A stretch of 64,000 nucleotides of DNA from Clostridia bacterium (GTDB lineage: Bacteria; Bacillota; Clostridia; Oscillospirales; CAG-272): positions 50,535 through 114,534 of the forward strand of contig CAAGDE010000026.1 of assembly GCA_900768535.1 (NCBI GenBank), given 5' to 3'. Below the pieces are notes generated by a model, which saw only the letters and a program-made list of their open reading frames with translations, did not search any database and was not told the DNA's origin. The translations under genes and the position numbers were made by a program. Of this stretch, positions 53,466 through 63,396 are shown piece by piece. Position 1 is the stretch's first letter, and each line of letters opens with the position of its first letter.

Positions 53466-54068
53466 TCAAACATACAAATGTTTGTCATGAATGTATTGTT
53501 CCACCGCAGGAGGAATCAGCTCCCTGACCGATGCGCCGGCGTGCAGCCTTTTCCGGATGTCGGAGGAGGAAATCTCCAGCGGTTCGGTGACAATGCGCCG
53601 CACCACCTTGCCGTATACCGCCTGATACGCGGCGATTTTTTTGATCAGCAGACCGTCCAGCGCCGGATCCGCCTCGCGCCGGATATAGACCGGGTAGCAG
53701 AGCCGGAAGATTTCGGCAGGCTCCCGCCATTCGTCCAGCGTCAGCACCATGTCGGTTCCGCAAAGCAGAAACAGACGGCGGTCATCGCCGGACAGCTCGC
53801 GCAATGTGTCCACCGTATAGCTTTTTCCGCCGCGCCGGATCTCCATATCGCTGACGTACACGCCCTCCATACCGGCAAACGCACGGCGGCACATTTCCAG
53901 CCGGTCAGCGGCGGAAACCGGCTCCGCCATCTGCTTGTGCGGCGGAATGGCAGCGGGAATGACATACAGGATGTCCAGCCACATCTGCTCCATGAACGCA
54001 CGTGCCGCCGCAAGATGTCCGTTGTGCGGCGGAGAAAAGGTGCCGCCGTAGATACCGATGCGGGTCAT
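53466..54068 (-). CDS. nadD: Nicotinate-nucleotide adenylyltransferase
   Basis: GGTFSPPHNGH motif and a C-terminal SSSDIR. Confidence 0.93.
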   Translation of the reverse strand: MTRIGIYGGTFSPPHNGHLAAARAFMEQMWLDILYVIPAAIPPHKQMAEPVSAADRLEMCRRAFAGMEGVYVSDMEIRRGGKSYTVDTLRELSGDDRRLFLLCGTDMVLTLDEWREPAEIFRLCYPVYIRREADPALDGLLIKKIAAYQAVYGKVVRRIVTEPLEISSSDIRKRLHAGASVRELIPPAVEQYIHDKHLYV

Positions 54069-54358
54069 TTCGGCAGCTCGATCGCCGGCTTTTTCTTTGC
54101 CCGGCGGTAGAGCACAACCTTTTTGCCCGTCACCGCCACCACCTCAGCGGCCAGCGCCTCTGCCAGTGCTTGGGCAATGTCTCTGGGTGTCTCGCCGCTG
54201 TTCTCCAGCACGCTGAACTTGATCAGCTCGCGGGCTTCCAGTGCATCGGAAAAGGTTTTTATCAGATTTTCGGACAGTCCGCCCTTGCCGACCTGCATGA
54301 TGGCAGGAATGTCGTTGGCAAGTCCGCGCAGATATGCCCGCTGTTTGGATGTGATCAT
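54065..54358 (-). CDS. yhbY: CRM-domain RNA-binding protein YhbY
   Basis: 97 aa with LRGLAN...QVGKGG. 4-nt overlap with nadD. Confidence 0.85.
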   Translation of the reverse strand: MITSKQRAYLRGLANDIPAIMQVGKGGLSENLIKTFSDALEARELIKFSVLENSGETPRDIAQALAEALAAEVVAVTGKKVVLYRRAKKKPAIELPK

Positions 54359-54369
54359 ATGGGTTCCTC

Positions 54370-54867
54370 TTATCCGTTTTTTGCAATGTTCCAGCCGTTC
54401 TGACCGAGAAAATCCATAATTTCCTCGTCCGCCTCGCTCAGAACACAGATGTATTGTGTATCGCTCAGAAAAATGCGCATCCAGCCGTCCTGATCCATGC
54501 AGACCGAACGCACATCCTGCCGCTTCAGCTCCATGCAGATCCTGCCCCGCTTTTCCCGCGTCAGAAGGATGAGCGAGGAATCGTTCAGCAGGAAGTACCC
54601 GCCAAACACGCCCTTCGGCGAGCGGAACATGACCTGCTCGTCGAAGTGAAAGGGACCCGGCAATTTGGATTTGATGCGCTCAAACGGCAGATTCTGCAAA
54701 TACGCCGCCAGCGGCATCAGAACCGTGGTCAGAACTGCCGCCGCCACGCCGCAGAGAACGCCGTACTCCCACCGCGTCAACAGACCGATCAGTCCCCCCG
54801 ACGCGATGCCGACCGTTACGGCGGAGACCCGCGTTCCGGTCGAAAAGAAATAGTCGGAAAATTTCAT
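54370..54867 (-). CDS. Hypothetical membrane protein (two TM helices plus a small cytoplasmic domain)
   Basis: 165-aa ORF packed between rdgB and yhbY. No family recognised. Confidence 0.5.
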   Translation of the reverse strand: MKFSDYFFSTGTRVSAVTVGIASGGLIGLLTRWEYGVLCGVAAAVLTTVLMPLAAYLQNLPFERIKSKLPGPFHFDEQVMFRSPKGVFGGYFLLNDSSLILLTREKRGRICMELKRQDVRSVCMDQDGWMRIFLSDTQYICVLSEADEEIMDFLGQNGWNIAKNG

Positions 54868-55499
54868 GCCTTTGCTTCGTCCTCCGTCAGGCGCCGCCGG
54901 AGCTCCTGTGCAAACAGGTGCATCGCCCTGCCCCGGTGCGACACCGCGTCCTTTTCCTGTGCCGTCAGCTCCGCAAAGGTCTTGCCCAGGGGCGGATAGA
55001 AGAACATCGGGTCATAGCCGAAGCCGCCGCTGCCGCGGTAGGAACGCAGTATCTCCCCGCGCACCTCGCCCCGCACCGTAAAGGCGGTTCCGTCCGGGAA
55101 GACACAGGCAACCGCGCAGACATACGCCCCGCCGCGCGCGCCGTCCGGCACGTTCTCCAGCTTTTTCAGCACCAGCTGATTGTTTGCCTCATCATTATGG
55201 TCGCTGTCCACACCGCACCTCGCCGCGTATCTTGCCGACCAGATGCCGGGCTCGCCGCCCAGCGCATCAACGGTCAGTCCGGAATCGTCCGCCACGCCGA
55301 TGCAGTCGTTCCGCGCCGCAACCCGCGCCTTGATGAGCGCGTTTTCCTCGAAGGTCGTCCCGTTTTCTTCAATGTCTCCCTCCACGCCGATGTCATCCAG
55401 CGAGAGCACCTCCGCACCTGGAAGCAGCTCCGCCATCATGCGGCGCATTTCGGCAATCTTTTTCGCGTTGCGGGATGCCAAAGCCAGTTTGATTCCCAT
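54864..55499 (-). CDS. rdgB: Non-canonical purine NTP pyrophosphatase (RdgB/HAM1)
   Basis: Motifs LASRNAKK, GFGYDP and SHRG. Confidence 0.9.
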   Translation of the reverse strand: MGIKLALASRNAKKIAEMRRMMAELLPGAEVLSLDDIGVEGDIEENGTTFEENALIKARVAARNDCIGVADDSGLTVDALGGEPGIWSARYAARCGVDSDHNDEANNQLVLKKLENVPDGARGGAYVCAVACVFPDGTAFTVRGEVRGEILRSYRGSGGFGYDPMFFYPPLGKTFAELTAQEKDAVSHRGRAMHLFAQELRRRLTEDEAKA

Positions 55500-55503
55500 C
55501 CCG

Positions 55504-56943
55504 TCACCCCTCAAACAGCGCGCGCACAAACTCGGTGCGGTCGAATTCCTGCATATCGTCCAGCTTTTCGCCGACGCCGATGAACTTGACCGGAATGTTC
55601 AGCTCCTTGCGGATGGAGATCACGATGCCGCCCTTTGCCGTGCCGTCCAGCTTGTTCAGAATCAGCCCGGTCAGTGCCGCGGCGTTCTTGAACTCCTTTG
55701 CCTGTATAATGGCGTTCTGTCCGGTGGTCGCGTCCAGAACCAGCAGGTTTTCCCGCGCGGCGCCCGGCAGCTCACGGTCGATGACGCGGTTGATCTTTGC
55801 CAGCTCATTCATCAGGTTGGTCTTGTTGTGCAGCCGCCCCGCCGTGTCGATGATCAGCACATCGGCGTGCTTGTTCTTTGCGGCATGGCAGGCGTCAAAC
55901 ACCACCGCCGCCGGGTCACTGCCCTCACTCTGGCGAACCAATTCCACCTTTGCCCGCTCGCACCAGACCGCCAGCTGATCGATTGCCGCCGCGCGGAAGG
56001 TATCCGCCGCCGCTACGATCACCCGCTTGCCTTCCTTGCGCAGCCGGTTGGAGATCTTGCCGATGGAGGTCGTTTTTCCGACCCCGTTGACACCGATGAC
56101 CAGAATCACGGACGGCTCCGTGTCCAGCTTCAGTTCCTCGCCCTCGCCGATCATCCGCTCCAGGATGCTCTGCAGCGCGCCCATGACCTGCTCTTTTTCC
56201 TTGAGTCTGCCGTCCCTGATCTGCTCCCGCAGCTCCTCAATGATCTCCTCGGACGCATTGACGCCGACATCCGCGCAGATCAGCAGCTCCTCCAGCTCCT
56301 CCAGAAGATCCTCATCGACCTTGACGAAATTCTTCAGCAGATCGTTGATCTGTCCGAACAGCGCGTTTTTGGTTTTGGTCAGCCCCGCTCTGACACGGCT
56401 CCAGAAGGAGGTTTTCTCCTTCTTTTTTTCTTCCGCCGTCAGCGGTGCCTCCTCCGGGACGGCTTCCGATGTAGCCTCGGAGGCGGGCTCCGGGGCAGGC
56501 TGTGCCTCCTCCTTCGGCGCTTCCGGTGCAGGCTCCGGCTTCTTCTCCGGCTCCGGTTCGGGCACCTTTTCGGGCTCCGGCTCCGGGGTCAGCTCCGGCT
56601 CGGTGACGGGAATCACCTCCGGGGCGGACTCTGCCGCTTCCTCCGGCTTTTCGGGCACCGCGGGAACCTCCGGCGGAACCGGATCCTCCTGTTCCTCCGT
56701 CAGATCCGGAATGATCGGCTGCAGGGGCGCCTCCGGTGCGCCGGGCTCGGTGGGAGCAACCGGCACGTCGGGAACAACCTCCGGTGCCTGTTCGGGTGCC
56801 TGTTCGGGTTCCGGCTCCGGTTCGGGCGCAGGCTTAGGCAGCGGCTCGGTTTCCTCCGTTTCCGGCTCCGCTGCTGCGGTCCGCCCGACTGCGGCTTCCT
56901 CTTTTTTCTTCTTTCTGCCGAAGAGCTTATCCAAAAATCCCAT
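55504..56943 (-). CDS. ftsY: Signal recognition particle receptor FtsY with a long acidic Pro/Glu-rich N-terminal region
   Basis: NG domain with GVNGVGKTT, DTAGR and LNKLDG. Start MGFLDKLFG overlaps the smc 3' end by 17 nt. Confidence 0.92.
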   Translation of the reverse strand: MGFLDKLFGRKKKKEEAAVGRTAAAEPETEETEPLPKPAPEPEPEPEQAPEQAPEVVPDVPVAPTEPGAPEAPLQPIIPDLTEEQEDPVPPEVPAVPEKPEEAAESAPEVIPVTEPELTPEPEPEKVPEPEPEKKPEPAPEAPKEEAQPAPEPASEATSEAVPEEAPLTAEEKKKEKTSFWSRVRAGLTKTKNALFGQINDLLKNFVKVDEDLLEELEELLICADVGVNASEEIIEELREQIRDGRLKEKEQVMGALQSILERMIGEGEELKLDTEPSVILVIGVNGVGKTTSIGKISNRLRKEGKRVIVAAADTFRAAAIDQLAVWCERAKVELVRQSEGSDPAAVVFDACHAAKNKHADVLIIDTAGRLHNKTNLMNELAKINRVIDRELPGAARENLLVLDATTGQNAIIQAKEFKNAAALTGLILNKLDGTAKGGIVISIRKELNIPVKFIGVGEKLDDMQEFDRTEFVRALFEG

Positions 56944-59900
56944 CCCAGTCTTCTCCTTCCTTCTTGGAAATATCATTGATATTGAGCATCAGCACCTTGG
57001 AGATCCCGTGTTCCGGCATCGTCACACCGTACAGTCTGTCCGCCGCCGCCATGGTTCCGCGACGGTGCGTGATCATGATGAACTGCGTTCCGTGTGAATA
57101 GCGCCTGATGTACTGTGCCAGACGCTCCACGTTGACCTCGTCCAGCGCGGCTTCGATCTCGTCCAGGATACAGAACGGCGTGGGATTGACCTGCAGGATG
57201 GCAAAGAACAGCGCAACACCGATGAATGCCTGCTCGCCGCCGGACAGCTGCATCAGGTTCTTGATGATCTTTCCGGGAGGTGCGGCTTTGATCTCGATTC
57301 CGCTTTCCAGCACGTTTTCGGGGTCGGAGAGGGACAGCTCCGCAGAGCCGCCGCCGAACAGCTCGGAAAATACCCTGCCGAAATTCTCGTTGATCTGATT
57401 GAAGGATTCCACAAAAGCGGTCTTCATATCCGCCTCCAGGTCAAAAATCACCTGAATCGTCTTTTTGCGGCTTTCGTCCAGATCGTCCAGATCCGCCTTC
57501 ATTTTTTCATACCGGACGCGGACATCCTCATATTTGTTGACCGCATCCAGATCAACGCTTCCCATCGCGCGCAGCTTGTTTTTGCATTCGGTCTGCAGTG
57601 CCAGCATTTCGGGGCGGGTCTCCTTGGTCAGCGGCGGATATCCGAGCGCCAGCGCGTCGTTCCGCGTGATTTCGTATTCCTCCCACAGCCGTCCCGCCAG
57701 CTTGTCCTGCGATTCGCGCAGTCCGCTCAGCTTGCCCTCGCATTTGGTATATTCGCGCAGGATCAGTTCCTTCTGATTCTGCTTATCGCGCAGCCGGTTG
57801 TTGACATCGGTCAGCTTGCGCTCGAATTCCGCACCGCCCTGCTCGATGGCACTGCGGCTTGCGGTGATCTCCGCCAGCATTCCCTTTGCGGCTTCCAGCT
57901 CCTCCCCCTCGCGGCGGATCTCCTCCTCGGTCGCGGTGATCTGATCCTGCCGCATCCGGATCCGCTCCCGCAGGGCGTCCCGCTCCCCGGTCAGTGCGGC
58001 GATGCGGTTCTCGCAGTCCGTGCGCAGGGTGTTTTCGGTCTCAATGTCCTTCTGCGCTTCGCTGATCTGAATGTACAGCTCGGTGATTTTCCGGGCATTG
58101 CTGTCCTTTTCCAGGACCGTGTCGCCGTGCTGTGCCTCCTTTTCCTTGCGGAAATCGCGGATCTCGTCAATGCGGTGCGCAAGATTTTCCCGTTCCGCAT
58201 TGAGACGGATCAGATCCTCCTCGTACCGCGCCCGCGCTTCCTCGAACTGCTTCATGTCGTTCTTCAGCTTGTCCAGGAGCGTGTTGTTCGCATCCAGCTT
58301 GGCACGGAGCTGTTCCAATTGTGCCGCCTCGGTATTCCGCAGGACGCCGATCAGCTCCCGGCGATCCTCTGCGGCGTTCTTCCGGTCCTCCAGCTCGGTT
58401 GCCTCCCCGGTCAGTTCGGACAGCTGACGCTCCAGCTTGGCAACGGTTGCCTTCTTCTCCGCCAGCTCCGCCTCCAGGCGCTTGACCTCGCTTCCGCGGG
58501 AGAGGATTCCGTTCCCCGTCCGCACCGAACCGCCCGTGAACGAACCGCCCACATTGATCTGCTGACCGTCCAGCGTCACCGCACGGACGCGGTAATGCGT
58601 GGCGCGCGCCATGACATTGGCATTGTCGATGTTATCGAATACAACCGTTCTGCCGAGCAGAGAGGACAGGACATCGCGGAATTTTGCGTCACAGGAGACC
58701 AGCGTGTCCGCCACGCCGATGTATCCCCGGTAGCCTGCCGCCTCGCTCATCTCTCTGGTCGACTGCGCCGGCTTCATGGAGGTCAGCGGGAAGAAGGTTG
58801 CCCGCCCGGCTTCCCCGCGCTTGAGCGCAAACATCGCCGCCTTTGCGGTGCCCTCGTCCTCGACCACAATGTTCTGCAGATTGGCGCCCAGCGCAATCTC
58901 CAGAGCGGTGACGTAGCGATCCTCCACCGAAATCACCTTGGAAAGCGGACCGTAAATCTTTCCGCACGGCGCGCCGTGGGTGTCGGTGATCTTCCCCTCG
59001 TCATACTGCTTCATCACGTACCGCACCGCGCCGGAGTAGCCCTCGAAATGCTCCTCCATGGAACGGATGGTCGCAATGCGCTGGGAGAGGGAATCCTGCC
59101 GGAACTTTGCATCGTTGCAGTCCTTTTCCGCCGCACGGACCAGCACCGCAACGCGTCCCGCCTTGGTTTCGGCATCGGCAATCTCCGCATCGATGGAAGC
59201 CAGCTCCGCATCGTACTTTTTCACGGTCTCTTCCTTCGATGCACATTTCTCTCCGAGATCATCGGAAATTCTGCGGTAGCCGTCCATCTCCCGGAGCGCC
59301 GAGCTGTTCTTGTCAAAATCGGTCGTTTTGGCGTTATCCAGAACGGAGATGCGGATATCGACATCCTTTTCCTCGGCTTCCAGGTCCCGGATATCGGAGA
59401 GCGCCTGTGCAATGGCGGCGGAGAGCGCGTTCTCCCGCTCCCCCAGCTCCAGCTGTGCCGCATGGAGACGGCCCTGCTCGGCAGTCAGTTCGGCACTGCG
59501 GGTTTCCAGCTCGCCGATCTTCTGCGCGTGCGCCGCACCGGAGGCAGCCTCGGCGGCAATCGATTTTTCGGTGCCCGCCAGCGAGCCTTCCGTCGCCGCA
59601 ATCAGATCCTTCGCGTGTGCGATATCGTTCTGCGCCACGGTGCGCCGCCGCTCCAGCTCGTGACAGCGGTCGGTCTGCTCCTGAATGCGGGCAAACAGCT
59701 CCTCGCTTTTCTGCCGGCTTTCCTGCGCCGCCTCGGAGAGCTTTGCATACTGCGTGTCCAGCGCCTGAATGCTGTCCTCCGCCGTTTGCAGGTCAAATGC
59801 GGCACGGCTCATGGCTTCCTCCGCCGCCGTCAGCTCATCCCGCAGCTTTTCGGTATCGTACAGCCACAGACTGACGTCTGCGCGCTTCTTGCTCTCGTGC

Positions 59901-60595
59901 AGTTCAATCGCCTTTTTCGCGCGCTCCGCCTCTTTCCGGAGCGGTTCCACACGGGATTCCACCTCCGTAAAAATATCGGTCAGGCGGCTGATGTTGTCCT
60001 CCGCCTCCGCCAGCTTGCGCTCGGCTTCGGTTTTCTGATGCCGATACTTCGCAATTCCGGAGGCGTCCTCAAACACGCTCCGACGCTCCTCGCTCTTTCT
60101 GGAGACCATCTCGGCAATCTTGCCCTGCCCGATGATGGAGTATCCGTCCCGCCCGATACCGGTGTTCATGAACAGCTCGTAGATATCCTTCAGACGCACG
60201 GCGCGGCGGTTGATAAAGTATTCGCTGTCCCCGGCACGGTAATAGCGCCTGGTGACCGTCACCTCATCAAAGGGACAGTCCAGCCTTGCAAAGTCCCCCC
60301 GGTTGTCGAACGTTACCGACACCTCGGCATATCCCATCGGGCGCCGGCTGTCCGCTCCGCCGAAAATGACATCCTCCATCTTGCTTCCGCGCAGGCTCTT
60401 GGAGGAAATCTCTCCCAGCACCCACCGCATGGCATCGGCAATGTTGGATTTTCCGGAGCCGTTCGGTCCGACAATGACCGTCACTCCCTGTCCCTCGTCC
60501 GCCGTGACGCCGACATCGACCCCGCGGTCGAACAGCAGTCTGGTCTTGTCGGGAAAGGACTTGAAGCCCTGCATTTCCAGTGATTTCAGATACAC
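56927..60595 (-). CDS. smc: Chromosome partition protein Smc
   Basis: Walker A GPNGSGKSN, long coiled coils, hinge and C-terminal LSGGE/Walker B. Probable GTG start (VYLKSLEMQGFKSF) 8 nt after AAGGAG. Confidence 0.94.
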   Translation of the reverse strand: MYLKSLEMQGFKSFPDKTRLLFDRGVDVGVTADEGQGVTVIVGPNGSGKSNIADAMRWVLGEISSKSLRGSKMEDVIFGGADSRRPMGYAEVSVTFDNRGDFARLDCPFDEVTVTRRYYRAGDSEYFINRRAVRLKDIYELFMNTGIGRDGYSIIGQGKIAEMVSRKSEERRSVFEDASGIAKYRHQKTEAERKLAEAEDNISRLTDIFTEVESRVEPLRKEAERAKKAIELHESKKRADVSLWLYDTEKLRDELTAAEEAMSRAAFDLQTAEDSIQALDTQYAKLSEAAQESRQKSEELFARIQEQTDRCHELERRRTVAQNDIAHAKDLIAATEGSLAGTEKSIAAEAASGAAHAQKIGELETRSAELTAEQGRLHAAQLELGERENALSAAIAQALSDIRDLEAEEKDVDIRISVLDNAKTTDFDKNSSALREMDGYRRISDDLGEKCASKEETVKKYDAELASIDAEIADAETKAGRVAVLVRAAEKDCNDAKFRQDSLSQRIATIRSMEEHFEGYSGAVRYVMKQYDEGKITDTHGAPCGKIYGPLSKVISVEDRYVTALEIALGANLQNIVVEDEGTAKAAMFALKRGEAGRATFFPLTSMKPAQSTREMSEAAGYRGYIGVADTLVSCDAKFRDVLSSLLGRTVVFDNIDNANVMARATHYRVRAVTLDGQQINVGGSFTGGSVRTGNGILSRGSEVKRLEAELAEKKATVAKLERQLSELTGEATELEDRKNAAEDRRELIGVLRNTEAAQLEQLRAKLDANNTLLDKLKNDMKQFEEARARYEEDLIRLNAERENLAHRIDEIRDFRKEKEAQHGDTVLEKDSNARKITELYIQISEAQKDIETENTLRTDCENRIAALTGERDALRERIRMRQDQITATEEEIRREGEELEAAKGMLAEITASRSAIEQGGAEFERKLTDVNNRLRDKQNQKELILREYTKCEGKLSGLRESQDKLAGRLWEEYEITRNDALALGYPPLTKETRPEMLALQTECKNKLRAMGSVDLDAVNKYEDVRVRYEKMKADLDDLDESRKKTIQVIFDLEADMKTAFVESFNQINENFGRVFSELFGGGSAELSLSDPENVLESGIEIKAAPPGKIIKNLMQLSGGEQAFIGVALFFAILQVNPTPFCILDEIEAALDEVNVERLAQYIRRYSHGTQFIMITHRRGTMAAADRLYGVTMPEHGISKVLMLNINDISKKEGEDWDGIFG

Positions 60596-60617
60596 AACAG
60601 ATGTTCTCCTTCTTTGA

Positions 60618-61634
60618 TTATTCCGCCGGTCGCACCGAAAGCACACCGTCTCCCGGTATTCCCGTGACCGACACTACGGTCGTTTGATATTCTTCCTTCA
60701 GCCGGATCAGGTTCCGCCGCCGCTGTCCAACGGTCTGGGAAACAAGACGGTCGGGGATTTCCAGCGCCACGCGCCGCCCGGTCAGTCCCGCATCGGCAAC
60801 CGCACGGACCGTCTCCCGGTACCGCACCTCGCCCAGAACCAGCTCCCCCAGCGCCGGGTGATTGGGTCCCGCCAGCGCGCACGCGGGGTCGGTCAGCTCC
60901 TCCGATGCGCATAGCCCGATCCGCAGACAGCGGACGCCGCCCTCCGTCAGAATTTCATACGCATCCGCCGCACGCGCCACTGCGTCATCCACGGTCAGCG
61001 GCTGATACGTCCCGTCCCGCATCATGCGGGCAAGCGGCGTTCCGTCAAAGACCACCGTGGGATAGATTCTCGCCGCCGCGGCACCGTAGGAAACGATATC
61101 CTGCGCAGTCCGGCGGTCATCCCCTGCAGTGGAGCCGGGCAACCCAATCATCATCTGCCCCACCAGCTCAAAGCCCGCCTCCCGGACCATCCGGCAGGCA
61201 GACGCACTGTCGTGCGCCGTATGTCCCCGCCCGGAAAGCATCAGAACCCGGTCACAGGTGCTCTGAATGCCAAGCTCTACTGTCCTGACCGGGTAACGGC
61301 AGAGAAGCTCCAGCACCTCCGGATCGATGAAATCCGGTCTTGTCGACAGCCGGACGGAGGATACCCGACCGGCGCGGACATAGCCTGCCGCCAGTTCCAG
61401 CAGACGGCACATCAGGGCGCGGTCGATTCCGGTGAAGGATCCGCCGAAGAACGCAATCTGACAGTCCGTCCCCGCCGGAACGGTCGCAAGCGCGGCATCA
61501 ATCAGCGCGGGAACCGTCCGCTCGTCAAATCCGCCGCTCCCCGAAATGGCATTCTGATTGCAGAAGACGCACCGGTGCGGGCATCCCATGTGCGGGATGA
61601 AAACCGGAATATTCCGGTGCCCTCCGCCCCTCAT
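60618..61634 (-). CDS. Radical SAM protein (ELP3/coproporphyrinogen-oxidase-like family)
   Basis: CxxxCxxC cluster CPHRCVFC near the N-terminus. Conserved rnc-radical SAM-smc arrangement. Confidence 0.8.
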   Translation of the reverse strand: MRGGGHRNIPVFIPHMGCPHRCVFCNQNAISGSGGFDERTVPALIDAALATVPAGTDCQIAFFGGSFTGIDRALMCRLLELAAGYVRAGRVSSVRLSTRPDFIDPEVLELLCRYPVRTVELGIQSTCDRVLMLSGRGHTAHDSASACRMVREAGFELVGQMMIGLPGSTAGDDRRTAQDIVSYGAAAARIYPTVVFDGTPLARMMRDGTYQPLTVDDAVARAADAYEILTEGGVRCLRIGLCASEELTDPACALAGPNHPALGELVLGEVRYRETVRAVADAGLTGRRVALEIPDRLVSQTVGQRRRNLIRLKEEYQTTVVSVTGIPGDGVLSVRPAE

Positions 61635-62344
61635 CCGATCTCCACGCCGAACAGCTTCAGCGCCTCGGCGGCGGCTCTCTGCTCCGCCATGCGCTTGGAC
61701 GAGCCGCTCCCCGTTCCGATGCGGTTGGAATCCAGGTACAGCTCCACCTCAAAATGCTTGCTGTGGTCGGGCCCCGATTCGTTCACCACGCGGTATTCCA
61801 GCCGTTGCGGTCCGTCCATCTGCAAAAAACGCAAAAGAGCGGTTTTGGGGTCTGTCCCCCCGCCGGGCGGAAGCGTGTCCACCGTCCAGCGGAGCAGGGG
61901 CAGCAGGAAATCCCGCACGGTGTCCAGCCCCGCGTCCCCTGCGTCAAGATAGATTGCCGCCAGGAGTGCTTCGAACGCGTCCGCCAGAATTGCCGGATTG
62001 CCGGCGCCGCCGTTGTTGAGAACGCCCCGTCCGAGCAGCAGATGCTCGCGCAGACCGATCTTTTCCGCATAGGATGCCAGCGCACGCTCGCAGACCGCCG
62101 CCGCACGGAGCCTTGAGAGGTCCCCCTCACTGCTGTTCGGAAACCGGCTGTAGAGGTACGCACTGCTGACCGCCGACAGCACCGCGTCACCGAGAAATTC
62201 CAGGCGCTCATTGCAGAGCAGGTGGTGATTTTTTGCCCCCGTCTCGTTCGCATAGGAGGAGTGCGTCACTGCGCGTGTGAGCAGTGTCCCGTCCCGGAAC
62301 CGGTATCCGATTTTTTCCTGCAGCTGTTCCAATGATTCCGCCAT
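61631..62344 (-). CDS. rnc: Ribonuclease III
   Basis: Signature NERLEFLGDAVL and a C-terminal dsRBD. Confidence 0.94.
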   Translation of the reverse strand: MAESLEQLQEKIGYRFRDGTLLTRAVTHSSYANETGAKNHHLLCNERLEFLGDAVLSAVSSAYLYSRFPNSSEGDLSRLRAAAVCERALASYAEKIGLREHLLLGRGVLNNGGAGNPAILADAFEALLAAIYLDAGDAGLDTVRDFLLPLLRWTVDTLPPGGGTDPKTALLRFLQMDGPQRLEYRVVNESGPDHSKHFEVELYLDSNRIGTGSGSSKRMAEQRAAAEALKLFGVEIG

Positions 62345-62361
62345 GCCACACTCCCTTCCCG

Positions 62362-63396
62362 TTACTCCGCGTGCTTCTGCTGTTCCCGCTCCGCGTGTTT
62401 GCGTTCCGCAAACGCCTTTGCGCTGTCTGCGAGATCGTAAATCGCTTCCGACCGCTTGTAATCCATCGCCTGCCGGATAGCGTTCATAACCGCCCGGTCA
62501 TCGGAGGAGCCGTGTGCCTTGATGACCGGCTTGGAAATGCCGATGATCGGTGCACCGCCGCGCTCGGACGGGTCGTATTCCTTTTTCATTTCGGTCAGCT
62601 GCTTCCGGATTGCCAGCGCCGCCAGCTTTGCGGTCGGGGAGGACAGGAACACGCCCTTGACGCGCTTGAGCAGGAATTTTCCGACGCCCTCCACGCTTTT
62701 GAGGTAGATGTTCCCCGTAAAGCCGTCCGCGACCAGCACATCGCACACGCCAAACGGTGCGGCACCCGCTTCCACGTTCCCCACGAAGTTGATCTCCGGG
62801 TTATCCGACAGCAACCGGTATGCCGTCTGCTGCAGTTCGGTCCCCTTGCACGCCTCGGTGCCGTTGTTGAGCAGACCCACGCGCGGCTCGTCAATTCCGT
62901 ACATCTTGCGCATATAAGCCGCGCCCATGGCACCGAACTGCTCCAGGTTTTCCGGCGTTACGGTGACGTTTGCACCGGTATCCAGCAGCAGCACCGGGGT
63001 CTGGAACGGCAGAACCGTCCCGATTCCCGCGCGCAGAACGCCCTTGACCTTCCGCACAATCAGGGTTGCCCCCGTGAACAGCGCGCCCGTGTTGCCGCAG
63101 GAGACGAACGCATCGCCCTTCCCCTCCGACAAGAGGTGCAGGCCCACCGCCATCGAGCTGTCGCTTTTGGCTCTGACCACCGACAGCGGGTCGTCCTCCA
63201 TGGTCATATAGGATTCGGTGTGAACAATGTCTATCCGTCGGATGTCCAGTCCTTCCTCGTTTGCAATCTGCTCGATCTGCCTGCGGTCGCCGACCATGAT
63301 ATAGGTCGCACGCCACTGCTCTGCCGCCATGCAAACGCCGCGGACTGCCGCTCGCGGGCAGTTGTCCCCGCCCATTACATCAACAATTATTTTCAT
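62362..63396 (-). CDS. plsX: Phosphate acyltransferase PlsX
   Basis: N-terminus [14 protein letters not shown] and the PlsX core. 344 aa. Confidence 0.94.
   Translation of the reverse strand: MKIIVDVMGGDNCPRAAVRGVCMAAEQWRATYIMVGDRRQIEQIANEEGLDIRRIDIVHTESYMTMEDDPLSVVRAKSDSSMAVGLHLLSEGKGDAFVSCGNTGALFTGATLIVRKVKGVLRAGIGTVLPFQTPVLLLDTGANVTVTPENLEQFGAMGAAYMRKMYGIDEPRVGLLNNGTEACKGTELQQTAYRLLSDNPEINFVGNVEAGAAPFGVCDVLVADGFTGNIYLKSVEGVGKFLLKRVKGVFLSSPTAKLAALAIRKQLTEMKKEYDPSERGGAPIIGISKPVIKAHGSSDDRAVMNAIRQAMDYKRSEAIYDLADSAKAFAERKHAEREQQKHAE

Noticed and set aside
56400-56900. Periodic CCGGCTCCGG/TTCGGG-type DNA repeats, considered as a tandem-repeat or CRISPR-like array.
   Set aside because: They lie in frame within ftsY and encode its Pro/Glu-rich A-domain. 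There are no constant-length spacers.
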